DNA from: the human T2T-CHM13v2.0 reference genome, Homo sapiens
Strand: one strand, 5' to 3'
Assembly (NCBI RefSeq): GCF_009914755.1
Contig: NC_060929.1
DNA: 64,000 nt
In this document: positions 11,222-24,000 of the stretch, piece after piece
Numbering within the stretch: position 1 is the first letter of the stretch
Layout of the letters: every line of letters begins with the position of its first letter
Translations under genes and position numbers: made by a program
The notes under the pieces: generated by a model
The model's database searches: none
Seen by the model: only the letters and a program-made list of their open reading frames with translations
What the model was told of the DNA's origin: nothing

Positions 11222-14200
11222 GTGCAATTGGCAAGTGGAGATTTCAAGCGCTTTAAGGTCAATGGCAGAAAAGGAAATATCTTCGTTTCAAAACTAGACA
11301 GAATCATTCCCACAAACTGCGTTGTGATGTGTTCGTTCAACTCACAGAGTTTAACCTTTCTTTTCATAGAGCAGTTAGGAAACACTCTGTTTGTAAATTC
11401 TGTAAGTGGATATTCTGACATCTTGTGGCCTTCGTTGGAAACGGGATTTCTTCATATTCTGCTAGACAGAAGAATTCTCAGAATCTTCCTTGTGTTGTGT
11501 GTATTCAACTCACACAGTTGAACGATGGTTTACACAGAGCAGATTTGAAACACTCTTTTTGTGGAATTTGCAAGTGGAGATTTCAGCCGCGTTGAGGTCA
11601 ATGGTAGAAAAGGAAATATCTTCGTATAAAAACTAGACAGAATGATTCTCAGAAACTCCTTTGTGATGTGTGTGTTCAACTCACAGAGTTTAACATTTCT
11701 TTTCATAGAGCAGTTAGGAAACACTCTGTTTGTAAATTCTGTAACTGGATATTCTGACATCTTGTGGCCTTCGTTGGAAACGGGATTTCTTCGTACTGTG
11801 CTAGACAGAAGAATTCTCAGTAACTTCCTTGTGTTGTGTGTATTCAACTCACAGAGTTGACCGATCCTTTACACAGAGCAGACTTGTAACACTCTTTTTG
11901 TGGAATTTGCAAGTGGAGATTTCAGCCGCTTTGAAGTCAAAGGTAGAAAAGGGAATATCTTCATATAAAAACTAGACAGAATGATTCTCAGAAACTCCTT
12001 TGTGATGTGTGCGTTCAACTCACAGAGTTTAACCTTTCTTTTCATAGAGCAGTTAGGAAACACTCTGTTTCTAAAGTCTGCAAGTGGATATTCAGACCTC
12101 TTTGAGGCCTTCGTTGGAAACGGGTTTTTTTCATATAAGGCTAGAGAGAAGAATTCCCAGTAACTTCCTTGTGTTGTGTGTGTTCAACTCACAGAGTTGA
12201 ACTTTCATTTACACAGAGCAGATTTGAAACACTCTTTTTGTGGAATTTGCAAGTGGAGATTTCAAGCGCTGTGAGGCCAAAGGCAGAAAAGGAAATATCT
12301 TCGTATAAAAACTAGACAGAATCATTCTCAGAAACTGCTCTGCGATGTGTGCGTTCAACTCTCAGAGTTTAACTTTTCTTTTCATTCAGCAGTTTGGAAA
12401 CACTCTGTTTGTAAAGTCTGCACGTGGATAATTTGACCACTTAGAGGCCTTCGTTGGAAACGGGTTTTTTTCATGTAAGGCTAGACAGAAGAATTCTCAG
12501 TAACTTCCTTGTGTTGTGTGTATTCAACTCACACAGTTGAACGATCCTTTACACAGAGCAGACTTGTAACACTCTTTTTGTGGAATTTGCAAGTGGAGAT
12601 TTCAGCCGCTTTGAAGTCAAAGGTAGAAAAGGAAATATCTTCCTATAAAAACTAGACAGAAAGATTCTCAGAAACTCCTTTGTGATGTGTGCGTTCAACT
12701 CACAGAGTTTAACCTTTCTTTTCATAGAGCAGTTAGGAAACACTCTGTTTGTAAAGTCTGCAAGTGGATATTCAGACCTCTTTGAGGCCTTCGTTGGAAA
12801 CGGGTTTTTTTCATATAAGGCTAGACAGAAGAATTCCCAGTAACTTCCTTGTGTTGTGTGTGTTCAACTCACAGAGTTGAACTTTCATTTACACAGAGCA
12901 GATTTGAAACACTCTTTTTGTGGAATTTGCAGGTGGAGATTTCAAGCGCTTTGAGGCCAAAGGCAGAAAAGGAAATATCTTCGTATAAAAACTAGACAGA
13001 ATCATTCTCAGAAACTGCTCTGTGATGTGTGCGTTCAACTCTCAGAGTTTAACTTTTCTTTTCATTCAGCAGTTTGGAAACACTCTGTTTGTAAAGTCTG
13101 CACGTGGATAATTTGACCACTTAGAGGCCTTCGTTGGAAACGGGTTTTTTTCATGTAAGGCTAGACAGAAGAGTTCTCAGTAACTTCCTTGTGTTGTGTG
13201 TATTCAACTCACACAGTTGAACGATCCTTTACAGAGAGCAGACTTGTAACACTCTTTTTGTGGAATTTGCAAGTGGAGATTTCAGCCGCTTTGAAGTCAA
13301 AGTAGAAAAGGAAATATCTTCCTATAAAAACTAGACAGAATGATTCTCAGAAACTCCTTTGTGATGTGTGCGTTCAACTCACAGAGTTTAACCTTTCTTT
13401 TCATAGAGCAGTTAGGAAACACTCTGTTTGTAAAGTCTGCAAGTGGATATTCAGACCTCTTTGAGGCCTTCGTTGGAAACGGGTTTTTTTCATATAAGGC
13501 TAGACAGAAGAATTCCCAGTAACTTCCTTGTGTTGTGTGTGTTCAACTCACAGAGTTGAACTTTCATTTACACAGAGCAGATTTGAAACACTCTTTTTGT
13601 GGAATTTGCAGGTGGAGATTTCAAGCGCTTTGAGGCCAAAGGCAGAAAAGGAAATATCTTCGTATAAAAACTAGACAGAATCATTCTCAGAAACTGCTCT
13701 GCGATGTGTGCGTTCAACTCTCAGAGTTTAACTTTTCTTTTCATTCAGCAGTTTGGAAACACTCTGTTTGTAAAGTCTGCACGTGGATAATTTGACCACT
13801 TAGAGGCTTTCGTTGGAAACGGGTTTTTTTCATGTAAGGCTAGACAGAAGAGTTCTCAGTAACTTCCTTGTGTTGTGTGTATTCAACTCACAGAGTTGAA
13901 CGATCCTTTACACAGAGCAGACTTGGAACACTCTTTTTGTGGAATTTGCAAGTGGAGATTTCAGCCGCGTTGAGGTCAATGGTAGAAAAGGAAATATCTT
14001 CGTATAAAAACTAGACAGAATGATTCTCAGAAACTCCTTTGAGATGTGTGTGTTCAACTCACAGAGTTTAACCTTTCTTTTCATAGAGCAGTTAGGAATC
14101 ACTCTGTTTGTAAAGTCTGCAAGTGGATATTCAGACCTCTTTGAGGCCTTCGTTGGAAACGGGTTTTTTTCATATAAGGCTAGACAGAAGAATTCCCAGT

Positions 14201-17200
14201 AACTTCCTTGTGTTGTGTGTGTTCAACTCACAGAGTTGAACTTTCATTTACACAGGGCAGATTTGAAACACTCTTTTTGTGGAATTTGCAAATGGAGGTT
14301 TCAAGCGCTTTGAGGCCAAAGGCAGAAAAGGAAATATCTTCGTATAAAAACTAGACAGAATCATTCTCAGAAAGTGCTCTGCGATGTGTGCGTTCAACTC
14401 TCAGAGTTTAACTTTGCTTTTCATTCAGCAGTTTGGAAACACTCTGTTTGTAAAGTCTGCACGTGGATAATTTGACCACTTAGAGGCCTTCGTTGGAAAC
14501 GGGTTTTTTTCATGTAAGGCTAGACAGAAGAGTTCTCAGTAACTTCCTTGTGTTGTGTGTATTCAACTCACACAGTTGAACGATCCTTTACACAGAGCAG
14601 ACTTGTAACACTCTTTTTGTGGAATTTGCAAGTGGAGATTTCAGCCGCTTTGAAGTCAAAGTAGAAAAGGAAATATCTTCCTATAAAAACTAGACAGAAT
14701 GATTCTCAGAAACTCCTTTGTGATGTGTGCGTTCAACTCAAAGAGTTTAACCTTTCTTTTCATAGAGCAGTTAGGAAACACTCTGTTTGTAAAGTCTGCA
14801 AGTGGATATTCAGACCTCTTTGAGGCCTTCTTTGGAAACGGGTTTTTTTCATATAAGGCTAGACAGAAGAATTCCCAGTAACTTCCTTGTGTTGTGTGTG
14901 TTCAACTCACAGAGTTGAACTTTCATTTACACAGAGCAGATTTGAAACACTCTTTTTGTGGAATTTGCAGGTGGAGATTTCAAGCGCTTTGAGGCCAAAG
15001 GCAGAAAAGGAAATATCTTCGTATAAAAACTAGACAGAATCATTCTCAGAAACTGCTCTGCGATGTGTGCGTTCAACTCTCAGAGTTTAACTTTTCTTTT
15101 CATTCAGCAGTTTGGAAACACTCTGTTTGTAAATTCTGCACGTGGATAATTTGACCACTTAGAGGCCTTCGTTGGAAACGGGTTTTTTTCCTGTAAGGCT
15201 AGACAGAAGAATTCTCAGTAACTTCCTTGTGTTGTGTGTATTCAACTCACAGAGTTGAACGATCCTTTACACAGAGCAGACTTGTAACACTCTTTTTGTG
15301 GAATTTGCAAGAGGAGATTTCAGCCGCTTTGAAGTCAAAGGTAGAAAAGGAAATATCTTCGTATAAAAACTAGACAGAATGATTCTCAGAAACTCCTTTG
15401 TGATGTGTGCGTTCAACTCACAGAGTTTAACCTTTCTTTTCATAGAGCAGTTAGGAAACACTCTGTTTGTAAACTCTGCAAGTGGATATTCAGACCTCTT
15501 TGAGGCCTTCGTTGGAAACGGGATTTCTTCATACTGTGCTAGACAGAAGAATTCTCAGTAACTTCCTTGTGTTGTGTGTATTCAACTCACAGAGTTGAAC
15601 GATCCTTTACACAGAGCAGACTTGGAACACTCTTTTTGTGGAATTTGCAAGTGGAGATTTCAGCCGCGTTGAGGTCAATGGTAGAAAAGGAAATATCTTC
15701 GTATAAAAACTAGACAGAATGATTCTCAGAAACTCCTTTGACATGTGTGCGTTCAACTCACAGAGTTTAACCTTTCTTTTCATAGAGCAGTTAGGAATCA
15801 CTCTGTTTGTAAAGTCTGCAAGTGGATATTCAGACCTCTTTGAGGCCTTCGTTGGAAACGGGTTTTTTTCATATAAGGCTAGACAGAAGAATTCCCAGTA
15901 ACTTCCTTGTGTTGTGTGTGTTCAACTCACAGAGTTGAATTTGATTTACACAGAGCAGATTTGAAACACTCTTTTTGTGGAATTTGCAAGTGGAGATTTC
16001 AAGCGCTTTGAGGCCAAAGGCAGAAAAGGAAATATCTTCGTATAAAAACTAGACAGAATCATTCTCAGAAACTGCTCTGCGATGTGTGCGTTCAACTCTC
16101 AGAGTTTAACTTTTCTTTTCATTCAGCAGTTTGGAAACACTCTGTTTGTAAAGTCTGCACGTGGATATTTTGACCACTTAGAGGCCTTCGTTGGAAACGG
16201 GTTTTTTTCCTGTAAGGCTAGACAGAAGAATTCCCAGTAACTTCCTTGTGTTGTGTACATTCAACTCACAGAGTTGAACGTTCCCTTAGACAGAGCAGAT
16301 TTGAAACACTCTTTTTGTGCAATTGGCAAGTGGAGATTTCAAGCGCTTTGAGGTCAATGGCAGAAAAGGAAATATCTTCGTTTCAAAACTAGACAGAATC
16401 ATTCCCACAAACTGCATTGTGATGTGTTCGTTCAACTCACAGAGTTTAACCTTTCTTTTCATAGAGCAGTTAGGAAACAGTCTGTTTGAAAATTCTGTAA
16501 GTGGATATTCTGACATCTTGTGGCCTTCGTTGGAAACGGGATTTCTTCATATTCTGCTAGACAGAAGAATTCTCAGAATCTTCCTTGTGTTGTGTGTATT
16601 CAACTCACAGAGTTGAACGATGGTTTACACAGAGCAGATTTGAAACACTCATTTGGTGGAATTTGCAAGTGGAGATTTCAGCCGCTTTGAGGTCAATGGT
16701 AGAAAAGGAAATATCTTCGTATAACAACTAGACAGAATCATTCTCAGAAACTGCTCTGTGATGTGTGCGTTCAACTCTCAGAGTTTAACTTTTCTTTTCA
16801 TTCAGCAGTTTGGAAACACTCTGTTTGTAAAGTCTGCACGTGGATAATTTGACCACTTAGAGGCCTTCGTTGGAAACGGGTTTTTTTCATGTATGGCTAG
16901 ACAGAAGAGTTCTCAGTAACTTCCTTGTGTTGTGTGTATTCAACTCACACAGTTGAACGATCCTTTACACAGAGCAGACTTGTAACACTCTTTTTGTGGA
17001 ATTTGCAAGTGGAGATTTCAGCCGCTTTGAAGTCAAAGTAGAAAAGGAAATATCTTCCTATAAAAACTAGACAGAATGATTCTCAGAAACTCCTTTGTGA
17101 TGTGTGCGTTCAACTCACAGAGTTTAACCTTTCTTTTCATAGAGCAGTTAGGAAACACTCTGTTTGTAAAGTCTGCAAGTGGATATTCAGACCTCTTTGA

Positions 17201-20200
17201 GGCCTTCGTTGGAAACGGGTTTTTTTCATATAAGGCTAGACAGAAGAATTCCCAGTAACTTCCTTGTGTTGTGTGTGTTCAACTCACAGAGTTGAACTTT
17301 CATTTACACAGAGCAGATTTGAAACACTCTTTTTGTGGAATTTGCAGGTGGAGATTTCAAGCGCTTTGAGGCCAAAGGCAGAAAAGGAAATATCTTCGTA
17401 TAAAAACTAGACAGAATCATTCTCAGAAACTGCTCTGCGATGTGTGCGTTCAACTCTCAGAGTTTAACTTTTCTTTTCATTCAGTAGTTTGGAAACACTC
17501 TGTTTCTAAAGTCTGCACGTGGATAATTTGACCACTTAGAGGCCTTCGTTGGAAACGGGTTTTTTTCATGTAAGGCTAGACAGAAGAATTCTCAGTAACT
17601 TCCTTGTGTTGTGTGTATTCAACTCACAGAGTTGAACGATCCTTTACACAGAGCAGACTTGTAACACTCTTTTTGTGGAATTTGCAAGTGGAGATTTCAG
17701 CCGCTTTGAAGTCAAAGGTAGAAAAGGAAATATCTTCCTATAAAAACTAGACAGAATGATTCTCAGAAACTCCTTTGTGATGTGTGCGTTCAACTCACAG
17801 AGTTTAACCTTTCTTTTCATAGAGCAGTTAGGAAACACTCTGCTTGTAAAGTCTGCAAGTGGATATTCAGCCCTCTTTGAGGCCTTCGTTGGAAACGGGT
17901 TTTTTTCATATAAGGCTAGACAGAAGAATTCCCAGTAACTTCCTTGTGTTGTGTGTGTTCAACTCACAGAGTTGAACTTTGATTTACACAGAGCAGATTT
18001 GAAACACTCTTTTTGTGGAATTTGCAAGTGGAGATTTCAAGCGCTTTGAGGCCAAAGGCAGAAAAGGAAATATCTTCGTATAAAAACTAGACAGAATCAT
18101 TCTCAGAAACTGCTCTGCGATGTGTGCGTTCAACTCTCAGAGTTTAACTTTTCTTTTCATTCAGCAGTTTGGAAACACTCTGTTTGTAAAGTCTGCACGT
18201 GGATATTTTGACCACTTAGAGGCCTTCGTTGGAAACGGGTTTTTTTCCTGTAAGGCTAGACAGAAGAATTCCCAGTAACTTCCTTGTCTTGTGTACATTC
18301 AACTCACAGAGTTGAACGTTCCCTTAGACAGAGCAGATTTGAAACACTCTTTTTGTGCAATTGGCAAGTGGAGATTTCAAGCGCTTTAAGGTCAATGGCA
18401 GAAAAGGAAATATCTTCGTTTCAAAACTAGAGAGAATCATTCCCAAAAACTGCGTTGTGATGTGTTCGTTCATCTCACAGAGTTTAACCTTTCTTTTCAT
18501 ACAGCAGTTAGGAAACAGTCTGTTTGTAAATTCTGTAAGTGGATATTCTGACATCTTGTGGCCTTCGTTGGAAACGGGATTTCTTCATATTCTGCTAGAC
18601 AGAAGAATTCTCAGAATCTTCCTTGTGTTGTGTGTATTCAACTCACAGAGTTGAACGATGGTTTACACAGAGCAGATTTGAAACACTCTTTTTGTGGAAT
18701 TTGCAAGTGGAGATTTCAGCCGCTTTGAGGTCAATGGTAGAAAAGGAAATATCTTCGTATAAAAACTAGACAGAATGATTCTCAGAAACTTCTTTGTGAT
18801 GTGTGCGTTCAACTCACAGAGTTTAACCTTTCTTTTCATAGAGCAGTTAGGAAACACTCTGTTTGTAAACTCTGCAAGTGGATATTCAGACCTCTTTGAG
18901 GCCTTCGTTGGAAACGGGATTTCTTCATACTGTGCTAGACAGAAGAATTCTCAGTAACTTCCTTGTGTTGTGTGTATTCAACTCACAGAGTTGACCGATC
19001 CTTTACACAGAGCAGACTTGTAAAACTCTTTTTGTGGAATTTGCAAGTGGAGATTTCAGCCGCTTTGAAGTCAAAGGTAGAAAAGGGAATATCTTCCTAT
19101 AAAAACTAGACAGAATGATTCTCAGAAACTCCTTTGTGATGTGTGCGTTCAACTCACAGAGTTTAACCTTTCTTTTCATAGAGCAGTTAGGAAACACTCT
19201 GTTTCTAAAGTCTGCAAGTGGATATTCAGACCTCTTTGAGGCCTTCGTTGGAAACGGGTTTTTTTCATATAAGGCTAGAGAGAAGAATTCCCAGTAACTT
19301 CCTTGTGTTGTGTGTGTTCAACTCACAGAGTTGAACTTTCATTTACACAGAGCAGATTTGAAACACTCTTTTTGTGGAATTTGCAAGTGGAGATTTCAAG
19401 CGCTGTGAGGCCAAAGGCAGAAAAGGAAATATCTTCGTATAAAAACTAGACAGAATCATTCTCAGAAACTGCTCTGCGATGTGTGCGTTCAACTCTCAGA
19501 GTTTAACTTTTCTTTTCATTCAGCAGTTTGGAAACACTCTGTTTGTAAAGTCTGCACGTGGATAATTTGACCACTTAGAGGCCTTCGTTGGAAACGGGTT
19601 TTTTTCATGTAAGGCTAGACAGAAGAATTCTCAGTAACTTCCTTGTGTTGTGTGTATTCAACTCACACAGTTGAACGATCCTTTACACAGAGCAGACTTG
19701 TAACACTCTTTTTGTGGAATTTGCAAGTGGAGATTTCAGCCGCTTTGAAGTCAAATGTAGAAAAGGAAATATCTTCCTATAAAAACTAGACAGATTCTCA
19801 GAAACTCCTTTGTGATGTGTGCGTTCAACTCACAGAGTTTAACCTTTCTTTTCATAGAGCAGTTAGGAAACACTCTGTTTGTAAAGTCTGCAAGTGGATA
19901 TTCAGACCTCTTTGAGGCCCTCGTTGGAAACGGGTTTTTTTCATATAAGGCTAGACAGAAGAATTCCCAGTAACTTCCTTGTGTTGTGTGTGTTCAACTC
20001 ACAGAGTTGAACTTTCATTTACACAGAGCAGATTTGAAACACTCTTTTTGTGGAATTTGCAAGTGGAGATTTCAAGCGCTTTGAGGCCAAAGGCAGAAAA
20101 GGAAATATCTTCGTATAAAAACTAGACAGAATCATTCTCAGAAACTGCTCTGTGATATGTCCGTTCAACTCTCAGAGTTTAACTTTTCTTTTCATTCAGC

Positions 20201-21068
20201 AGTTTGGAAACACTCTGTTTGTAAAGTCTGCACGTGGATAATTTGACCACTTAGAGGCCTTCGTTGGAAATGGGTTTTTTTCATGTAAGGCTAGACAGAA
20301 GAGTTCTCAGTAACTTCCTTGTGTTGTGTGTATTCAACTCACACAGTTGAACGATCCTTTACAGAGAGCAGACTTGTAACACTCTTTTTGTGGAATTTGC
20401 AAGTGGAGATTTCAGCCGCTTTGAAGTCAAAGTAGAAAAGGAAATATCTTCCTATAAAAACTAGACAGAATGATTCTCAGAAACTCCTTTGTGATGTGTG
20501 CGTTCAACTCACAGAGTTTAACCTTTCTTTTCATAGAGCAGTTAGGAAACACTCTGCTTGTAAAGTCTGCAAGTGGATATTCAGCCCTCTTTGAGGCCTT
20601 CGTTGGAAACGGGTTTTTTTCATATAAGGCTAGACAGAAGAATTCCCAGTAACTTCCTTGTGTTGTGTGTGTTCAACTCACAGAGTTGAACTTTCATTTA
20701 CACAGAGCAGATTTGAAACACTCTTTTTGTGGAATTTGCAAGTGGAGATTTCAAGCGCTTTGAGGCCAAAGGCAGAAAAGGAAATATCTTCGTATAAAAA
20801 CTAGACAGAATCATTCTCAGAAACTGCTCTGCGATGTGTGCGTTCAACTCTCAGAGTTTAACTTTTCTTTTCATTCAGCAGTTTGGAAACACTCTGTTTG
20901 TAAAGTCTGCACGTGGATATTTTGACCACTTAGAGGCCTTCGTTGGAAACGGGTTTTTTTCCTGTAAGGCTAGACAGAAGAATTCCCAGTAACTTCCTTG
21001 TGTTGTGTACATTCAACTCACAGAGTTGAACGTTCCCTTAGACAGAGCAGATTTGAAACACTCTTTTT
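11222..21068 (+). repeat. Irregular HOR zone: 30-monomer (5095 bp), 12-monomer (2038 bp) and 16-monomer (2714 bp) units with hybrid dimers
   Basis: Marker dimer at 11222, 16317, 18355 and 21069; non-canonical monomer joins near 11.6-11.8 kb, 15.35-15.47 kb, 16.74 kb and 19.0 kb. Confidence 0.85.
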
Positions 21069-24000
21069 GTGCAATTGGCAAGTGGAGATTTCAAGCGCTT
21101 TAAGGTCAATGGCAGAAAAGGAAATATCTTCGTTTCAAAACTAGAGAGAATCATTCCCAAAAACTGCGTTGTGATGTGTTCGTTCATCTCACAGAGTTTA
21201 ACCTTTCTTTTCATAGAGCAGTTAGGAAACAGTCTGTTTGTAAATTCTGTAAGTGGATATTCTGACATCTTGTGGCCTTCGTTGGAAACGGGATTTCTTC
21301 ATATTCTGCTAGACAGAAGAATTCTCAGAATCTTCCTTGTGTTGTGTGTATTCAACTCACAGAGTTGAACGATGGTTTACACAGAGCAGATTTGAAACAC
21401 TCATTTGGTGGAATTTGCAAGTGGAGATTTCAGCCGCTTTGAGGTCAATGGTAGAAAAGGAAATATCTTCGTATAACAACTAGACAGAATGATTCTCAGA
21501 AACTTCTTTGTGATGTGTGTGTTCAACTCACAGAGTTTAACCTTTCTTTTCATAGAGCAGTTAGGAAACACTGTGTTTTTAAACTCTGCAAGTGGATATT
21601 CAGACCTCTTTGAGGCCTTCGTTGGAAACGGGTTTCTTCATACTGTGCTAGACAGAAGAATTCTCAGTAACTTCCTTGTGTTGTGTGTATTCAACTCACA
21701 GAGTTGAACGATCCTTTACACAGAGCAGACTTGAAACACTCTTTTTGTGGAATTTGCAAGTGGAGATTTCAGCCGCGTTGAGGTCAATGGTAGAAAAGGA
21801 AATATCTTCGTATAAAAACTAGACAGAATGATTCTCAGAAACTCCTTTGTGATGTGTGTGTTCAACTCACAGAGTTTAACATTTCTTTTCATAGAGCAGT
21901 TAGGAAACACTCTGTTTGTAAAGTCTGCAAGTGGATATTCAGACCTCTTTGAGGCCTTCGTTGGAAACGGGTTTTTTTCATATAAGGCTAGACAGAAGAA
22001 TTCCCAGTAACTTCCTTGTGTTGTGTGTGTTCAACTCACAGAGTTGAACTTTCATTTACACAGAGCAGATTTGAAACACTCTTTTTGTGGAATTTGCAAA
22101 TGGAGATTTCAAGCGCTTTGAGGCCAAAGGCAGAAAAGGAAATATCTTCGTATAAAAACTAGACAGAATCATTCTCAGAAACTGCTCTGCGATGTGTGCG
22201 TTCAACTCTCAGAGTTTAACTTTTCTTTTCATTCAGCAGTTTGGAAACACTCTGTTTGTAAAGTCTGCACGTGGATAATTTGACCACTTAGAGGCCTTCG
22301 TTGGAAACGGGTTTTTTTCATGTAAGGCTTGACAGAAGAATTCTCAGTAACTTCCTTGTGTTGTGTGTATTCAACTCACAGAGTTGAACGATCCTTTACA
22401 CAGAGCAGACTTGTAACACTCTTTTTGTGGAATTTGCAAGTGGAGATTTCAGCCGCTTTGAAGTCAAAGGTAGAAAAGGAAATATCTTCCTATAAAAACT
22501 AGACAGAATGATTCTCAGAAACTCCTTTGTGATGTGTACGTTCAACTCACAGAGTTTAACCTTTCTTTTCATAGAGCAGTTAGGAAACACTCTGTTTGTA
22601 AAGTCTGCAAGTGGATATTCAGACCTCTTTGAGGCCTTCGTTGGAAACGGGTTTTTTTCATATAAGGCTAGACAGAAGGATTCCCAGTAACTTCCTTGTG
22701 TTGTGTGTGTTCAACTCACAGAGTTGAACTTTCATTTACAAAGAGCAGATTTGAAACACTCTTTTTGTGGAATTTGCAAGTGGAGATTTCAAGCGCTTTG
22801 AGGCCAAAGGCAGAAAAGGAAATATCTTCGTATAAAAACTAGACAGAATCATTCTCAGAAACTGCTCTGCGATGTGTGCGTTCAACTCTCAGAGTTTAAC
22901 TTTTCTATTCATTCAGCAGTTTGGAAACACTCTGTTTGTAACGTCTGCACGTGGATAATTTGACCACTTAGAGGCCTTCGTTGGAAACGGGTTTTTTTCA
23001 TGTAAGGCTAGACAGAAGAATTCTCAGTAACTTCCTTGTGTTGTGTGTATTCAACTCACAGAGTTGAACGATCCTTTACACAGAGCAGACTTGTAACACT
23101 CTTTTTGTGGAATTTGCAAGTGGAGATTTCAGCCGCTTTGAAGTCAAAGGTAGAAAAGGAAATATCTTCCTATAAAAACTAGACAGAATGATTCTCAGAA
23201 ACTCCTTTGTGATGTGTGCGTTCAACTCACAGAGTTTAACCTTTCTTTTCATAGAGCAGTTAGGAAACACTCTGCTTGTAAAGTCTGCAAGTGGATATTC
23301 AGCCCTCTTTGAGGCCTTCGTTGGAAACGGGTTTTTTTCATATAAGGCTAGACAGAAGAATTCCCAGTAACTTCCTTGTGTTGTGTGTGTTCAACTCACA
23401 GAGTTGAACTTTCATTTACACAGAGCAGATTTGAAACACTCTTTTTGTGGAATTTGCAAGTGGAGATTTCAAGCGCTTTGAGGCCAAAGGCAGAAAAGGA
23501 AATATCTTCGTATAAAAACTAGACAGAATCATTCTCAGAAACTGCTCTGCGATGTGTGCGTTCAACTCTCAGAGTTTAACTTTTCTTTTCATTCAGCAGT
23601 TTGGAAACACTCTGTTTGTGAAGTCTGCACGTGGATATTTTGTCCACTTAGAGGCCTTCGTTGGAAACGGGTTTTTTTCCTGTAAGGCTAGACAGAAGAA
23701 TTCCCAGTAACTTCCTTGTGTTGTGTACATTCAACTCACAGAGTTGAACGTTCCCTTAGACAGAGCAGATTTGAAACACTCTTTTTGTGCAATTGGCAAG
23801 TGGAGATTTCAAGCGCTTTAAGGTCAATGGCAGAAAAGGAAATATCTTCGTTTCAAAACTAGACAGAATCATTCCCACAAACTGCGTTGTGATGTGTTCG
23901 TTCATCTCACAGAGTTTAACCTTTCTTTTCATAGAGCAGTTAGGAAACACTCTGTTTGTAAATTCTGTAAGTGGATATTCTGACATCTTGTGGCCTTCGT

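Noticed and set aside
11530-11847. Longest ORF (105 aa, minus strand)
   Set aside because: Chance read-through created by the chimeric dimer; nothing supports coding function.
14827-14843. Isolated CENP-B box G5>T
   Set aside because: A single unamplified point mutation; real, but not informative by itself.
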